Source: Thermoanaerobaculia bacterium
GTDB taxonomy: Bacteria > Acidobacteriota > Thermoanaerobaculia > UBA5066
DNA: 64,000 nt
NCBI GenBank assembly: GCA_963719225.1
Contig: CAVRAY010000001.1
Coordinates: forward strand, 2,720,001 to 2,784,000
Direction of reading: 5' to 3'
Shown: positions 19,474 to 28,917 of the stretch, piece after piece
Layout of the letters: the number at the start of each line of letters is the position of its first letter
Position numbering within the stretch: the first letter of the stretch is position 1
Notes under the pieces: generated by a model
Told to the model about the DNA's origin: nothing
Database searches by the model: none
The model's input: the letters and a program-made list of their open reading frames with translations, nothing else
Program-made: the position numbers and the translations under genes

Positions 19474-21051
19474 TCACCCGAGCGTCACGAGCCGCGCCGA
19501 ATCGATGCCCTCGAGCGTCTTGACCGCTTTGACGAGATCCTGTCCGATCGCGCCGTTCGCCGCGTCGATCCGGACGACGGCGGCTGCCTGGCCGTCCTTT
19601 CCCCGTGCGAGAGCGAGGTCCGAGATGTTCACGCCGCGCGACCCCAGGAGGGTCCCGATACGCCCGACGACGCCCGGCACGTCGCGGTTTGCGATCACGA
19701 GAAGAGTCCCCTCGGGCGAGAACTCGAGTGACAGGCCGTTGACGCCCACGATCCGGCAATGCCGGTCCGAGAAGAGCGTCCCGGACGCGCTTCGGTCGCC
19801 CGCAGACACGGTGACGAGGCTCGCGTAGCCTCCCCCGTCTTCGCGCACGGAATCCGAAACCGAGATTCCGTTCAGCTTCGCGAGAGAAACGGCGTTCACG
19901 ATGTTGACGCCCTCGGCGAACGTCGAGACGACGCCCTTCACGGCGGCCACGACGCAGGCTTTCCGGATCGCCTCCGGTATTCCCGCAAGCGTCACGGTGA
20001 GCTGTCTCGGCGCCTCGGGCATCGACTGCCCCACGAATGCCCCGACCTTCTCGGCGAGGCGCATCCACGGGAGGGCCGCGTGCGGGTCGCCTCCGGAGGG
20101 AAACGGCAGGTTCACCGCTGCGACGAAGGGGGAGCCTTTCAGCGCCTCGGCGAGCATCTCGACGGTCTCCACCGCCACGCGATCCTGCGCCTCGACCGTG
20201 GAGGCCCCGAGGTGCGGCGTGCAGAGCACTTTCGGGTGCTTCACGAGCGAGAAGTCCTTCGGCGGCTCGACGGAAAAGACGTCGAGCGCCGCACCAGCGA
20301 GATGCCCGGAGTCGAGCGCGGCCGCGAGCGCGGCCTCGTCCACGAGGGCGCCGCGCGCGCAGTTCACCAGGATGGCGCCCTTCTTCATCGCCGCGAGCTG
20401 CCGGGCGCCGATGAGATGTTTCGTCTCCGAGCCGCCCGGCGCATGAAGCGAGACGACGTCGGATTTCGCGAGCAGCTCGTCCAGCGAGACGGGTGTCACG
20501 CCGAGCTCGGCGGTCCGCTCCGGCGTCACATAGGGGTCGAACGCGAGAAGCGTGACGTGCCAGGGGCGCAGCCGCGCGGCCACGCGGGCCCCGACCTGTC
20601 CGAGGCCCACGAGGCCCACGGTCTTGCCCTGCAGCTCCGTTCCGACGAACTTCGTGCGCTTCCATTCCCCGGCTTTCAGCGAGGTCTGTGCCTCGGGAAT
20701 CTTGCGCAGGAACGAGAGAAGAAGCGCGATCGCATGCTCCGCCGCGGAGACGACGTTCCCGGACGGAGCGTTGACGACGAGGACCCCGCGCTCGGTGGCC
20801 GCCTTCACGTCGACGTTGTCGAGGCCGACTCCCGCCCGTCCGACGACGCGGAGCTTCTTCCCGGCGGTCAGGAGCTCTCGGTCCACCTGGGTCGCGGAGC
20901 GCACGACGAGCGCGTCGTAGTCGCCGATCGCCGCCAGGAGCGCTCCCCGGGACAGATCGGTGCGGACGTCCGCCACGAGGCCCTCTTTCGAAAGCACCGC
21001 GAGGCCGGTCTGGGAGAGTGGCTCGGCGATGAGGACGCGCGGACCGCTCAC
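19474..21051 (-). CDS. serA: D-3-phosphoglycerate dehydrogenase with C-terminal regulatory/ACT domains
   Basis: GTG 21051; VRSAT, GRAGVGLDNVD, GLGQVG, NCARG, TPHLGASTVEAQ, N.DVPGVVG. Confidence 0.95.
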   Translation of the reverse strand: MSGPRVLIAEPLSQTGLAVLSKEGLVADVRTDLSRGALLAAIGDYDALVVRSATQVDRELLTAGKKLRVVGRAGVGLDNVDVKAATERGVLVVNAPSGNVVSAAEHAIALLLSFLRKIPEAQTSLKAGEWKRTKFVGTELQGKTVGLVGLGQVGARVAARLRPWHVTLLAFDPYVTPERTAELGVTPVSLDELLAKSDVVSLHAPGGSETKHLIGARQLAAMKKGAILVNCARGALVDEAALAAALDSGHLAGAALDVFSVEPPKDFSLVKHPKVLCTPHLGASTVEAQDRVAVETVEMLAEALKGSPFVAAVNLPFPSGGDPHAALPWMRLAEKVGAFVGQSMPEAPRQLTVTLAGIPEAIRKACVVAAVKGVVSTFAEGVNIVNAVSLAKLNGISVSDSVREDGGGYASLVTVSAGDRSASGTLFSDRHCRIVGVNGLSLEFSPEGTLLVIANRDVPGVVGRIGTLLGSRGVNISDLALARGKDGQAAAVVRIDAANGAIGQDLVKAVKTLEGIDSARLVTLG

Positions 21052-22175
21052 GCGGGCTGCCCGGCCCTCGGCCGCATCGAGGCCATGGCCTCCTCGTGAG
21101 CCTTCAGGTAGGCCTCGACGGAGGCAACGTCCACGTCGCCCATGTGGCCGATGCGCACGTTCGTGGGCTTCAGCTTTCCGTAACCGGAGCCCGTCGTCCA
21201 TTTCATGCCCTTGAGGGCCTTGTTCAGCTCTTCCGCGTTCACGCCCTCCGGCGGGATGAGGGACGTGACGGTGGGCGAATGCGCGCCCGCCTCGGCGAAC
21301 ACGCGGAAGCCGTTCTTCGCCGCCCAGTCCTCCACGGCCTTTCGCATCGCGCCGTGCCGCGCCCAGCGGTTCTCGATTCCCTCGGCGAGGATGTGGTCCA
21401 GCTGGATGTCGAGAGCGTAGAGGAGCGGCAGACACGGCGTCGTCGGCGTCTGTTTCTTGGCCGCGAAGGCCTCGATGTCGACGAGGTCGAGGTACAGGCC
21501 GCGGAATTTCTTCTTCTTCGCGGCGGCCATCGCGCGCTCGGAGACGGCGAAGAGTGCGAGTCCCGGCGGCAGCGCGAGGGCTTTCTGCGAACCCGTGAGA
21601 ACGACGTCGAGACCCCACTCGTCCGTCTCCACGCGCGTTCCTGCGACCGACGTCACGGCGTCGGCGAAGACGAGCGCGTCGGAATTCTCGCGAACCACCT
21701 TCGCGATCGCCCCGAGGTCCGAGAGCACGCCCGTGGACGTCTCGCTGTGCACGACGGTCACCGCGGCGTACTTCTTTTCCGCGAGCTTTTTCTTCACGGC
21801 GTCGGGCTTGACGGCCTCGCCCCACTCGAACTTGAGGACGTCCGTCTCCAGCCCAAGACGCGACGCCATCTCTCCCCACTTTCCGGAGAAAGCTCCGTTG
21901 GACAGACAGAGAACGGGACCCTCGACGCAGGAGACGAGCGCGGCTTCCCAGACGCCGGTCGCCGAGGACGCGAGCGTGTGGGCCGTGCGCGCGGTCCGGA
22001 AGACCTTGGGAAGCTTCTCGAGGATTCGTCCGTAGAGGTCCATGAAAGCCTGCGAGCGGTGGGAGAGCATGGGACCGGTCAGCGCCTGCAACACCTGGGG
22101 CCTCACCCACACGGGACCCGGGTTGAAGAAGCGCACCTGGCCGGGAGAGCCGGAGGTCGAATCGAAGTTCGTCAT
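21048..22175 (-). CDS. Class V PLP aminotransferase (probable phosphoserine aminotransferase)
   Basis: FNPGP, HRS..F, HSETSTG, DAVTS, GSQKALALPPG, RIGHMG; coupled to serA. Confidence 0.88.
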   Translation of the reverse strand: MTNFDSTSGSPGQVRFFNPGPVWVRPQVLQALTGPMLSHRSQAFMDLYGRILEKLPKVFRTARTAHTLASSATGVWEAALVSCVEGPVLCLSNGAFSGKWGEMASRLGLETDVLKFEWGEAVKPDAVKKKLAEKKYAAVTVVHSETSTGVLSDLGAIAKVVRENSDALVFADAVTSVAGTRVETDEWGLDVVLTGSQKALALPPGLALFAVSERAMAAAKKKKFRGLYLDLVDIEAFAAKKQTPTTPCLPLLYALDIQLDHILAEGIENRWARHGAMRKAVEDWAAKNGFRVFAEAGAHSPTVTSLIPPEGVNAEELNKALKGMKWTTGSGYGKLKPTNVRIGHMGDVDVASVEAYLKAHEEAMASMRPRAGQPA

Positions 22176-22186
22176 GGCGCTGGATT

Positions 22187-22846
22187 CTACGAGGCCACGA
22201 GGAGAGGCAGAAGCTCTTCGAGATTTTCGACGATGGCGTCAGGAGAACACGCTTCGAGCTCTTTTCGTGTCGCGCTGCCGCTCGGAAGTGCGATGATGGA
22301 AAGTTCGGCCGCCCGGGCCGTGGCGACGTCGATCGGCATGTCGCCCACGAAGATCGTGTCGCGCGCGGGAACCAGGAGCGTGGCCAGCGCCATGAAGACC
22401 ATGTGCGGGGCGGGCTTCGGCGGGAAGCCGTCGTCGGGCCCGGCGACGAAGGCGAACCGGCCCGCGAGGCCGAGCCACTCCAGGAGCGGCCGCGTGAAGC
22501 GGGCCGGCTTGTTGGACGCGATGGCGAGGCGGATGCCACTCTCGAAGAGCCGCCGTGTGACGAGCTCGGCGCCCGGCAGGAGCCGCGTGGACTCGACCCC
22601 GACTCTCTCGTAGCGCTCGCGAAAGAGCCGCACGCCTTCGGCGACGTTCTCCTGCCCGACGGCCTTGGCGACGAGCACCTCGAGGCCGTGGCCGACCATC
22701 CGGCGCGTCTCGTCCCTCGTGATGGGAGGGCGTCCGAAGGCTTCGAGGACCACGCCGAGCGACTCGTGGATCGGCGCGTACGCGTCGACGAGCGTGCCGT
22801 CGAGGTCGAAGATGACGGCTCGCGGGTGGGGCGGGAGAGACGCCAC
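22187..22846 (-). CDS. HAD-superfamily phosphatase (Gph-like)
   Basis: FDLDGTLVD, SNK, KP.P, VGD...D. Confidence 0.9.
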   Translation of the reverse strand: MASLPPHPRAVIFDLDGTLVDAYAPIHESLGVVLEAFGRPPITRDETRRMVGHGLEVLVAKAVGQENVAEGVRLFRERYERVGVESTRLLPGAELVTRRLFESGIRLAIASNKPARFTRPLLEWLGLAGRFAFVAGPDDGFPPKPAPHMVFMALATLLVPARDTIFVGDMPIDVATARAAELSIIALPSGSATRKELEACSPDAIVENLEELLPLLVAS

Positions 22847-23800
22847 TCAGTCCACGACGAGCACGATCTTGCCCACGTTCTCGTTCGCTGCCATGCGGCG
22901 GTGAGCGTCGGCGGCTGCCGAGAGCGGGAAGCTCCGGTCCACGACCGGGACGAGAGAGCCGTCCGCGAAGCCGGGCAGGACGTCTCTCACGAACGAGGCC
23001 GTCAGGTCGATCTTCTCCGCGAGCGGACGGCTCCGGAGCGTCGATCCGATGATCCGCAGCCGCTTGACGAGCACGATGCGCAGATCGATCTCGGCCGAAG
23101 GCCCGGCCATGCTCGCGATGAGGACGATCCGTCCGCCGCGCCGGAGCGCCTTGAGGTTCGGAGCAAAGAGAGGCCCCCCCACCGGATCGAGCACGAGGTC
23201 GATCGACTCCTTGCCGAACGTCTGCTCGATGCGGCTCAGGAACTCCTCGCGGGAGGTGTCGACCGCGAGATCCGCCCCGAGAGCGACGAGAGCATCGCAT
23301 TTCTTCGCGCTGCGCGCCGTCGCGACGACGGAGGCTCCAGCCCGCTTTGCGAGCCGGATCGCGGCCGTCCCGACGCCCGAGCCCGCCGCATGGACGAGAA
23401 CGCGCTGTCCCTCCCTCAGCCCGCCTTCGTGGAACAGGTTCAGATATGCGGTGAACCACGCCTCGGGAATCGCCGCCGCGTCCGAAAACGAGAGCGAGCG
23501 CGGGATCGGTATGAGCATGGCCCGCGGCACGGCCACCCTTTCGGCGTAGCCGCCCCCGGAGAGCAGGAAGAAGACCCTCTCCCCCGTCCCCTCCACCTCT
23601 CCCGCAGCCTCGAGTCCCAGGATCTCCGAGGCGCCGGGAGGAGGAGGGTACTTGCCCTGCGATTGCAGCAGGTCGGCGCGGTTCACCGCCGTGGCTCGCA
23701 CGCGCACGACGACCTCGCCGGGCCCCGGCACCGGATCCGGCACCTCGCCCCACACGAGAGCTTCGGGTCCGCCGGGCTTGGGGACGAGGATGGCTTTCAT
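22847..23800 (-). CDS. NAD(P)H-quinone oxidoreductase, PIG3/zeta-crystallin family
   Basis: VNRADL.Q.QG.YPPPPGAS..LGLE, VHAAGSGVG, GSTLRSR, GKIVL. Confidence 0.93.
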   Translation of the reverse strand: MKAILVPKPGGPEALVWGEVPDPVPGPGEVVVRVRATAVNRADLLQSQGKYPPPPGASEILGLEAAGEVEGTGERVFFLLSGGGYAERVAVPRAMLIPIPRSLSFSDAAAIPEAWFTAYLNLFHEGGLREGQRVLVHAAGSGVGTAAIRLAKRAGASVVATARSAKKCDALVALGADLAVDTSREEFLSRIEQTFGKESIDLVLDPVGGPLFAPNLKALRRGGRIVLIASMAGPSAEIDLRIVLVKRLRIIGSTLRSRPLAEKIDLTASFVRDVLPGFADGSLVPVVDRSFPLSAAADAHRRMAANENVGKIVLVVD

Positions 23801-23815
23801 GCAACCTTGATTGTC

Positions 23816-24425
23816 ATAGAAAGAAGAGAAGACCGGGGGTTTCTTAGAAAGAAAAGAGAATTGAAGATTTTCTTAGAAAGGAAAGAAGACCAGGAACCTC
23901 TGAGAATGAAAATCGGGGGATCGGAGCGGGGTGCCCAGTGGCGCGGTCCGTCACGACTGCGACGACGTCCGGATCGTTCTCGCAGAGCGGCTCCCGGCCC
24001 GTCGCCGCGCGGCACACCTCGATTTTCGGGTAGAGCTCGCTCCGGTATCCCTCGACGACCACGACGTCACACGAGCCAAGCCCATATTCCCCTTCTAAGA
24101 AAACGGACAGAGCCGGCCGCAGGTTGGCTCCAGCCGCGCCCGTGCTCGGGTCCGAAGCAGAAATCTCCGGTGGCCTCCGGTGCACCGCGCTTCGCCGCCC
24201 CGCGACGAGGATCGCGGGCTCGGCGCCCGCCGCCTTGTGGCGCTGCGAGTCCTTGCCTTCGACGTCGGTCTCGTATTCGTGGTCCGTGTGCTTGAGCGAG
24301 CCGACCCTCAAGCCGTCCTTCACGAGCGCCTCGATGAGCTTCACGGCGACGGTCGTCTTGCCCGATTCGTGGGCGCCGGTGACGAGGAGGACCACCGGGG
24401 ATGAAGATCTCTTGGAAGGGTAAAG
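23816..24425. repeat. Dispersed motif cluster 3
   Basis: TTCTTAGAA at 23841 and 23870 within purine tracts; inverted CCCATATTCCCCTTCTAAGAAAA 24081-24103; GATCTCTTGGAAGGGTAAAG 24406-24425. Confidence 0.8.
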
Positions 24426-25607
24426 GAGGCCGCGTTCGCGCGAGGAAGCGAAACGTGCGATGTCGGCCGGAAAACTCTCGATCCAGGAGTCCAGGCTCGC
24501 GCCTTCATCCACGAGCTGCCGGTATTTCGCGGTGCCGGTCAGGAGGTCGATCGCGGGGACGTCGTCGCGGTACTCGTACGCTTCCGTCCGCCAGCGAAAC
24601 CGGTCCGGGTCCAGGTCGTGAAGGGCTTTCAGCAAGCGCAGGTACGTCTCGTACGGTCGGAACGCGCCGCGGTCCGTCACGTGGACCTGCACGCCGCCGC
24701 AGGTTTTTCCCGCGTGCTTCTGGAACGTTGGCTTGAAGACGTGCGGCCGAAAGACGGCGCCGTGGAGTCCGAGGGCGTTCGCCGCGTCGGCCGCTTCCTC
24801 CGCGTCGAGCCACGGCGCGCCGACGAGCTCGAAGGGCCGCGTCGTGCCGCGCCCCTCCGAGAGATTCGCCCCCTCGACGAGGCAACCGCCGGGATAGACG
24901 AGGGCGGTCTCTCGCGTCGGCATGTTCGGGGACGGGAGGACCCAGGCGGGCGTCTCGGCGACTTCGCGGCGCGAGGGCGCGCGGCCGCCCTTGCGCATCG
25001 GCACGACGGTGAGGTCGCAGCCGAGGCGATACTCGGTGTTCAAGAAGCGCGCGATCTCGCCGGGCGTCATCCCGTGGCGGACCGGCACCGGATACAGGCC
25101 GACGAAGGACAGCAGCCTCTCCTCGGGCAGGTTGCCCTCGAGGATCTCGCCGCCGAGCGGATTCGGCCGGTCGAGAACGACGACGGGAATTCCGCGCGCG
25201 GCGCAGGCCTTCATCATCAGCGCCGTCGTCCACACGAACGTGTAGTAACGGCTGCCCACGTCGGGAAGGTCGGAAACCACGGCGTCGAGATCGCGCAGGT
25301 GCTCCGGCTTCGGAGAGAGCTCTTCGAACGTCGAGCCGTAGAGGGAAACGATCGGCACGCTGCAGGACGCGCAGCCCGCCACCGCTTCCATGTCCTGCGC
25401 CGCACCCCAGAACCCGTGCTCGGGCCCGAAGAGGACGCGCACGTCGTACCCCGCGTCGCGAAGCGCGCGCTCGGCCGGGACGAATGCCGACGTCACCGAG
25501 GCCGCGTTCGCGAGAAGGCCGATCCTCTTGCCGCGAAGAACCTCGCTTGCGCTCTCGCCTTCCGTTAACAGCATGTCGAGACCGGTCTTCACGCGCGAAG
25601 GTTTCAC
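23844..25607 (-). CDS. Fusion of NamZ/DUF1343 exo-beta-N-acetylmuramidase-like domain and MobB P-loop domain
   Basis: N-terminal: LFGPEHG, SLYG, D.PDVGSRYYTF, LDRPNPLGG, RHGMT.GE, PSPNMP, SEGRGTT.PFE. C-terminal: GAHESGKTT, G.RVGSLKH.DH..DVEGKDS.RH..AGA, VVEGY...PKIEV. Confidence 0.88.
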   Translation of the reverse strand: MKPSRVKTGLDMLLTEGESASEVLRGKRIGLLANAASVTSAFVPAERALRDAGYDVRVLFGPEHGFWGAAQDMEAVAGCASCSVPIVSLYGSTFEELSPKPEHLRDLDAVVSDLPDVGSRYYTFVWTTALMMKACAARGIPVVVLDRPNPLGGEILEGNLPEERLLSFVGLYPVPVRHGMTPGEIARFLNTEYRLGCDLTVVPMRKGGRAPSRREVAETPAWVLPSPNMPTRETALVYPGGCLVEGANLSEGRGTTRPFELVGAPWLDAEEAADAANALGLHGAVFRPHVFKPTFQKHAGKTCGGVQVHVTDRGAFRPYETYLRLLKALHDLDPDRFRWRTEAYEYRDDVPAIDLLTGTAKYRQLVDEGASLDSWIESFPADIARFASSRERGLLYPSKRSSSPVVLLVTGAHESGKTTVAVKLIEALVKDGLRVGSLKHTDHEYETDVEGKDSQRHKAAGAEPAILVAGRRSAVHRRPPEISASDPSTGAAGANLRPALSVFLEGEYGLGSCDVVVVEGYRSELYPKIEVCRAATGREPLCENDPDVVAVVTDRATGHPAPIPRFSFSEVPGLLSFLRKSSILFSF

Positions 25608-25638
25608 GCGATCGAGTCTAACCGCCGCGGGCGCCTTG

Positions 25639-25669
25639 AAAAGGAAACGGCGGGCCGGGTGGCCCGCCG
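25639..25669 (-). terminator. Rho-independent terminator after the collagen-like gene
   Basis: Minus strand CGGCGGGCC-ACCC-GGCCCGCCG followed by TTTCCTTTT. Confidence 0.7.
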
Positions 25670-25693
25670 CTCCGTTCGAAGGATAGAGAGAGA

Positions 25694-27363
25694 TCAGGGA
25701 ACAGCGTACTTGAGGGAGATGCCGATCGAGTTCACCGCGAAGTTCGGATTCTTGTTGAAGAGGATCGAGAGCGTGTCACCGTCCAAGAACGTTATGGTGG
25801 ACGAGAGCTCGCTGCACACGCGGCCCGTGCCGCTTATCGTGCAGGTGAGCCCGGTGCTCACGCCGTTCTTCCGAATCGTCACCGTCGCGGTTTTGCCCAA
25901 CCCGGGGGCCGGACTGATCGCAAAACGGAGAGCGGTCGCGGTGCCGGCCGGCATCGGAAGCTGAACGTCCGTCTCGGCCGACGCGGCCGACGCGCCCCAC
26001 GGACCGAAGAAAGTACTGTCGGTCACGTTGTTGACGACCGTCACGCCGATCACGGCGCCGCCGCCGGTCGCACCGGTTGCGCCCGTCGGTCCCTGAGGCC
26101 CAGTCGCCCCGGTCAAACCGATCGGACCTTGCGGTCCCGTCGCGCCTGTCGCACCCGTTGCGCCGGTGGCACCGGTCGAGCCAGTGGGCCCGCCATTGCC
26201 GATCGGACCCTGCGGTCCCGTCGCGCCCGTGGCGCCCGTCGCCCCGGCCGGACCGACGACCGAGACGCCCGAACCCGGCCACCCGCCGGAGGCCTTCGGG
26301 CCGTAGAAGGAATTCGTCGACGTGTCGACGTAGAAGTCTCCGTCCACACCCACTCCGGCGCCGGGAGCTCCAATGCCGTTCAGGAGGGTTTTTCCGTCCT
26401 GACCGTTGGTTCCGTTCGAGCCGGCGGGACCCTGGGAACCGGTCGCACCCGTGGCACCGGTCGCGCCGGTGTTACCGATCGGACCCTGCGGTCCTGTCGC
26501 ACCCGTGGCACCTGTCAGGCCGATCGGACCCTGCGGTCCTGTCGCGCCCGCCGATCCGGCAGGGCCAGTCGGCCCGGCCGGTCCCGTGGCACCGACCGGA
26601 CCCTGAGGACCGGCAGGGCCGTTGGTCCCTGCTGGGCCGGCCGGACCCGCCGGAACGGACGTCGCGATCGTGAGCGAACCTGCCCCGGCCGTGACCGTCA
26701 CGTTTGCGCCCGCATTGAGAGTGAGCGCGCCCGTGAGTGTGTTGACCGACGTCACCACGCTCGGTCCGTAGTAGCCGTTCACGTCCACGACGATGTCCGC
26801 CCCGCTCACGCCGAACGCGATCGAAATCGCGCCGCCCGCGCCCAGCGGCACGACCGCGGCGTTCGCGATCGTCTGTCCCCCGACGAAGTTCAGCGTCGAC
26901 ACCAAGGGAGTGCAGCACCCGAGGGCCACGCCAACAGGTGGCCCGGTCCGAGCGTGTTCGTCGCCGTGAGGTTGGAGGAGACGGCTACGGCACCCGAGGG
27001 AATGCCGCACTGCCCCGTGATGGGGATATCGCGCACGACGGCGGCAATGACGGAAGGCGGGCCGAATGCACCCGTGAATCCGTTGCCCCGCGTATCGGCT
27101 ACGCGACAAGGCGTGATTGCGACGAACGGGGCGGGCGCCGATTGCGACGGGAGCGCGCTGACGTCGAGCGCGTGTCGCGTGCTCTTCGAGTCGGCGGCGG
27201 ACGTCGAGTCGGAAGCCGCCGTCGCCTGCCAGTAGGGCGGAGCGGACCAGTTTTCGATCTGGTCCGATTCAGCGCGAACTGGAGTTGCCATAGCGCACGT
27301 TGCAAGGATCGCCTAGCCTCGGGGAATCGAGGCAAAAGAAATGTCGCTTTTGCGACGCTGCAA
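25694..27363 (-). pseudogene. Secreted collagen-like surface protein, disrupted by an in-frame TAG and a 1-bp frameshift
   Basis: TTG 27363 gives MQRRKSDISFASIPRG*AILATCAMATPVRA. The [13 protein letters not shown]...[13 protein letters not shown] domain continues as [17 protein letters not shown] only in another frame from ~26906. Two Gly-X-Y blocks follow. Confidence 0.75.
26063..26653 (-). repeat. Gly-X-Y collagen repeat region (GPQGPIG/GATGATG units)
   Basis: Two G-X-Y tracts separated by [10 protein letters not shown]...[16 protein letters not shown]; CCGATCGGACC(C/T)TGCGGTCC occurs four times. Confidence 0.92.
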
Positions 27364-27481
27364 TCGCGATTCCGCCGATCCTTCAAGGCGCCGTGACACA
27401 CTGCGGCGAGACGTTGATGTGTCATCCGTTTTCCGCACCCGCTCTGCGCACAGGAATCGGGCGGCCTCGCGGCGGGCGCCT

Positions 27482-28375
27482 TCAGGCCGAGAGGGTCTTC
27501 GTCTCCGCTCCGCGGTAATAGAGAGCGAGAATGGCGTCTCGACTTTCGCCGCGTTTCGCACGCGCGATCGCACCGGCCTGGCACATTCCGGCGCCATGGC
27601 CCGTGCCGCGTCCCGACAAGAGATATGCCGGCCGCGATTCCTCGAGAGCGAAAGCCGTCGAGCGCACGGAGTCCCAGCCCCAGAGCTCCGACGCGGCCTT
27701 GCGAAACTCGAATCCGCGTACGACACGAGAGGCTCCGCCCGGCGCCGCGAAACGCACCATCGAGACGCGCCCGCTCGCATCGTGGCCGTACACCTCCAGA
27801 AACCGCGCGTCACCGAAGCCGAGTGAGGACGAAAGAGTCGAAAGGGCGGGGCGCGGAATCGTGTAGGACCAGGCCGCGCCCGGCGCTCCCACGCAGGCGT
27901 CGTCCTCGACGGACTCGAGGTCGGGGATCTCCTCGTCGTCCCACACGTCCCTCGGGCGCGCCGTCCGGCCGCCGCAAACGGCATGAAAAGGCGCGGCGAT
28001 GACGCGGCCCTTCTGAGTCAGGACGACACCTGCCGTGGCGGCCGCCGCCCGCCGCGAATCTTCCGTGGCCGCAGAGAGCCCCTGAAAGACCTGGCAATGC
28101 GTGCCGTCGCACAGATCCGCGCCGTTTTCGAGATGGCGCTCTTCGCGCGCGAGCGCGTACGACCGCGCCGCGACGGCCTGGGCTTCGAGCGCCGCCGGGG
28201 GCGCGCGGCCGATCTCCCTCGGCACTACGGCCGCCACGTATTCCTCGAGATCGACTTCCTCGACGGCGCCCGTCTTCACGCGAAGAATCTTCCGCGTCCG
28301 TGGGGCGGCCGAAGCCGCGGCCCGAAACGTCGCGCCGAGCGCGAGGAGAGAGGCGAGCAGGAACCGCCTGGTCAC
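27482..28375 (-). CDS. SpoIID/LytB-domain lytic transglycosylase-like protein
   Basis: GTG 28375 with signal peptide; LEEYVAAVVPRE, ALEAQAVAARSYA, LCD.THCQVF, GRG.GHG.GMCQ.GA, IL..YY.G. Confidence 0.9.
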   Translation of the reverse strand: MTRRFLLASLLALGATFRAAASAAPRTRKILRVKTGAVEEVDLEEYVAAVVPREIGRAPPAALEAQAVAARSYALAREERHLENGADLCDGTHCQVFQGLSAATEDSRRAAAATAGVVLTQKGRVIAAPFHAVCGGRTARPRDVWDDEEIPDLESVEDDACVGAPGAAWSYTIPRPALSTLSSSLGFGDARFLEVYGHDASGRVSMVRFAAPGGASRVVRGFEFRKAASELWGWDSVRSTAFALEESRPAYLLSGRGTGHGAGMCQAGAIARAKRGESRDAILALYYRGAETKTLSA

Positions 28376-28409
28376 GGGGGTGAATTGTAGAGGTCGGAAC
28401 GGCTGAGGG

Positions 28410-28910
28410 TCAGCCGGAGCTCGGATGGGCGTCTCCCGCTTCGCCTCGAAGCGTGGCGATCGCATGCGGAAGCACGGAGGCCACGGCCTCGAGACACTCC
28501 ACGGCGCCGCGTGGAGAGCCCGGGAGGTTCACGATGAGCGTGCGCCCGCACACGGCCGCGACCTGCCGCGACAGGATCGCCGTGGGGACGGCCCTCCGAC
28601 TCGCATCCCGCATCGCCTCCGCGAGGCCGGGAACGTCGTAATCGAGGATGTCCCGCGTCGCCTGGGGCGTCACGTCGCGCGGAGAGAGGCCCGTGCCGCC
28701 CGTCGTGAGCACGAGTTCGGCGGCGCCGGTGTCGGCGAGTCGCTTGAGGTTCCACGCGATGTCCTCGCGCTCGTCGGGCAGGATCGTCCGCTCCACGACG
28801 ACGGCGCCGGGCAGCAGACGCAGCACTCCCTCGGCTACGGCGGGCCCGCTCTTGTCGGCGCGCTCGCCGTGGTACGACCGATCCGAGATCGTCAGGATCG
28901 CGACGCGCAC
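28410..28910 (-). CDS. mogA: Molybdopterin adenylyltransferase MogA/MoaB
   Basis: ILTISDR...DKSGP, LPDE, TTGGTGLSPRDVTP, LSR, NLPGSP. Confidence 0.9.
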   Translation of the reverse strand: MRVAILTISDRSYHGERADKSGPAVAEGVLRLLPGAVVVERTILPDEREDIAWNLKRLADTGAAELVLTTGGTGLSPRDVTPQATRDILDYDVPGLAEAMRDASRRAVPTAILSRQVAAVCGRTLIVNLPGSPRGAVECLEAVASVLPHAIATLRGEAGDAHPSSG

Positions 28911-28917
28911 GGCGCCA

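Noticed and set aside
21052-22539. 1021-aa version of serA
   Set aside because: The extension overlaps the aminotransferase and HAD genes out of frame; the serA domain starts at GTG 21051
26063-26653. Nucleotide repeats as CRISPR or VNTR element
   Set aside because: Fully explained by Gly-X-Y coding repeats
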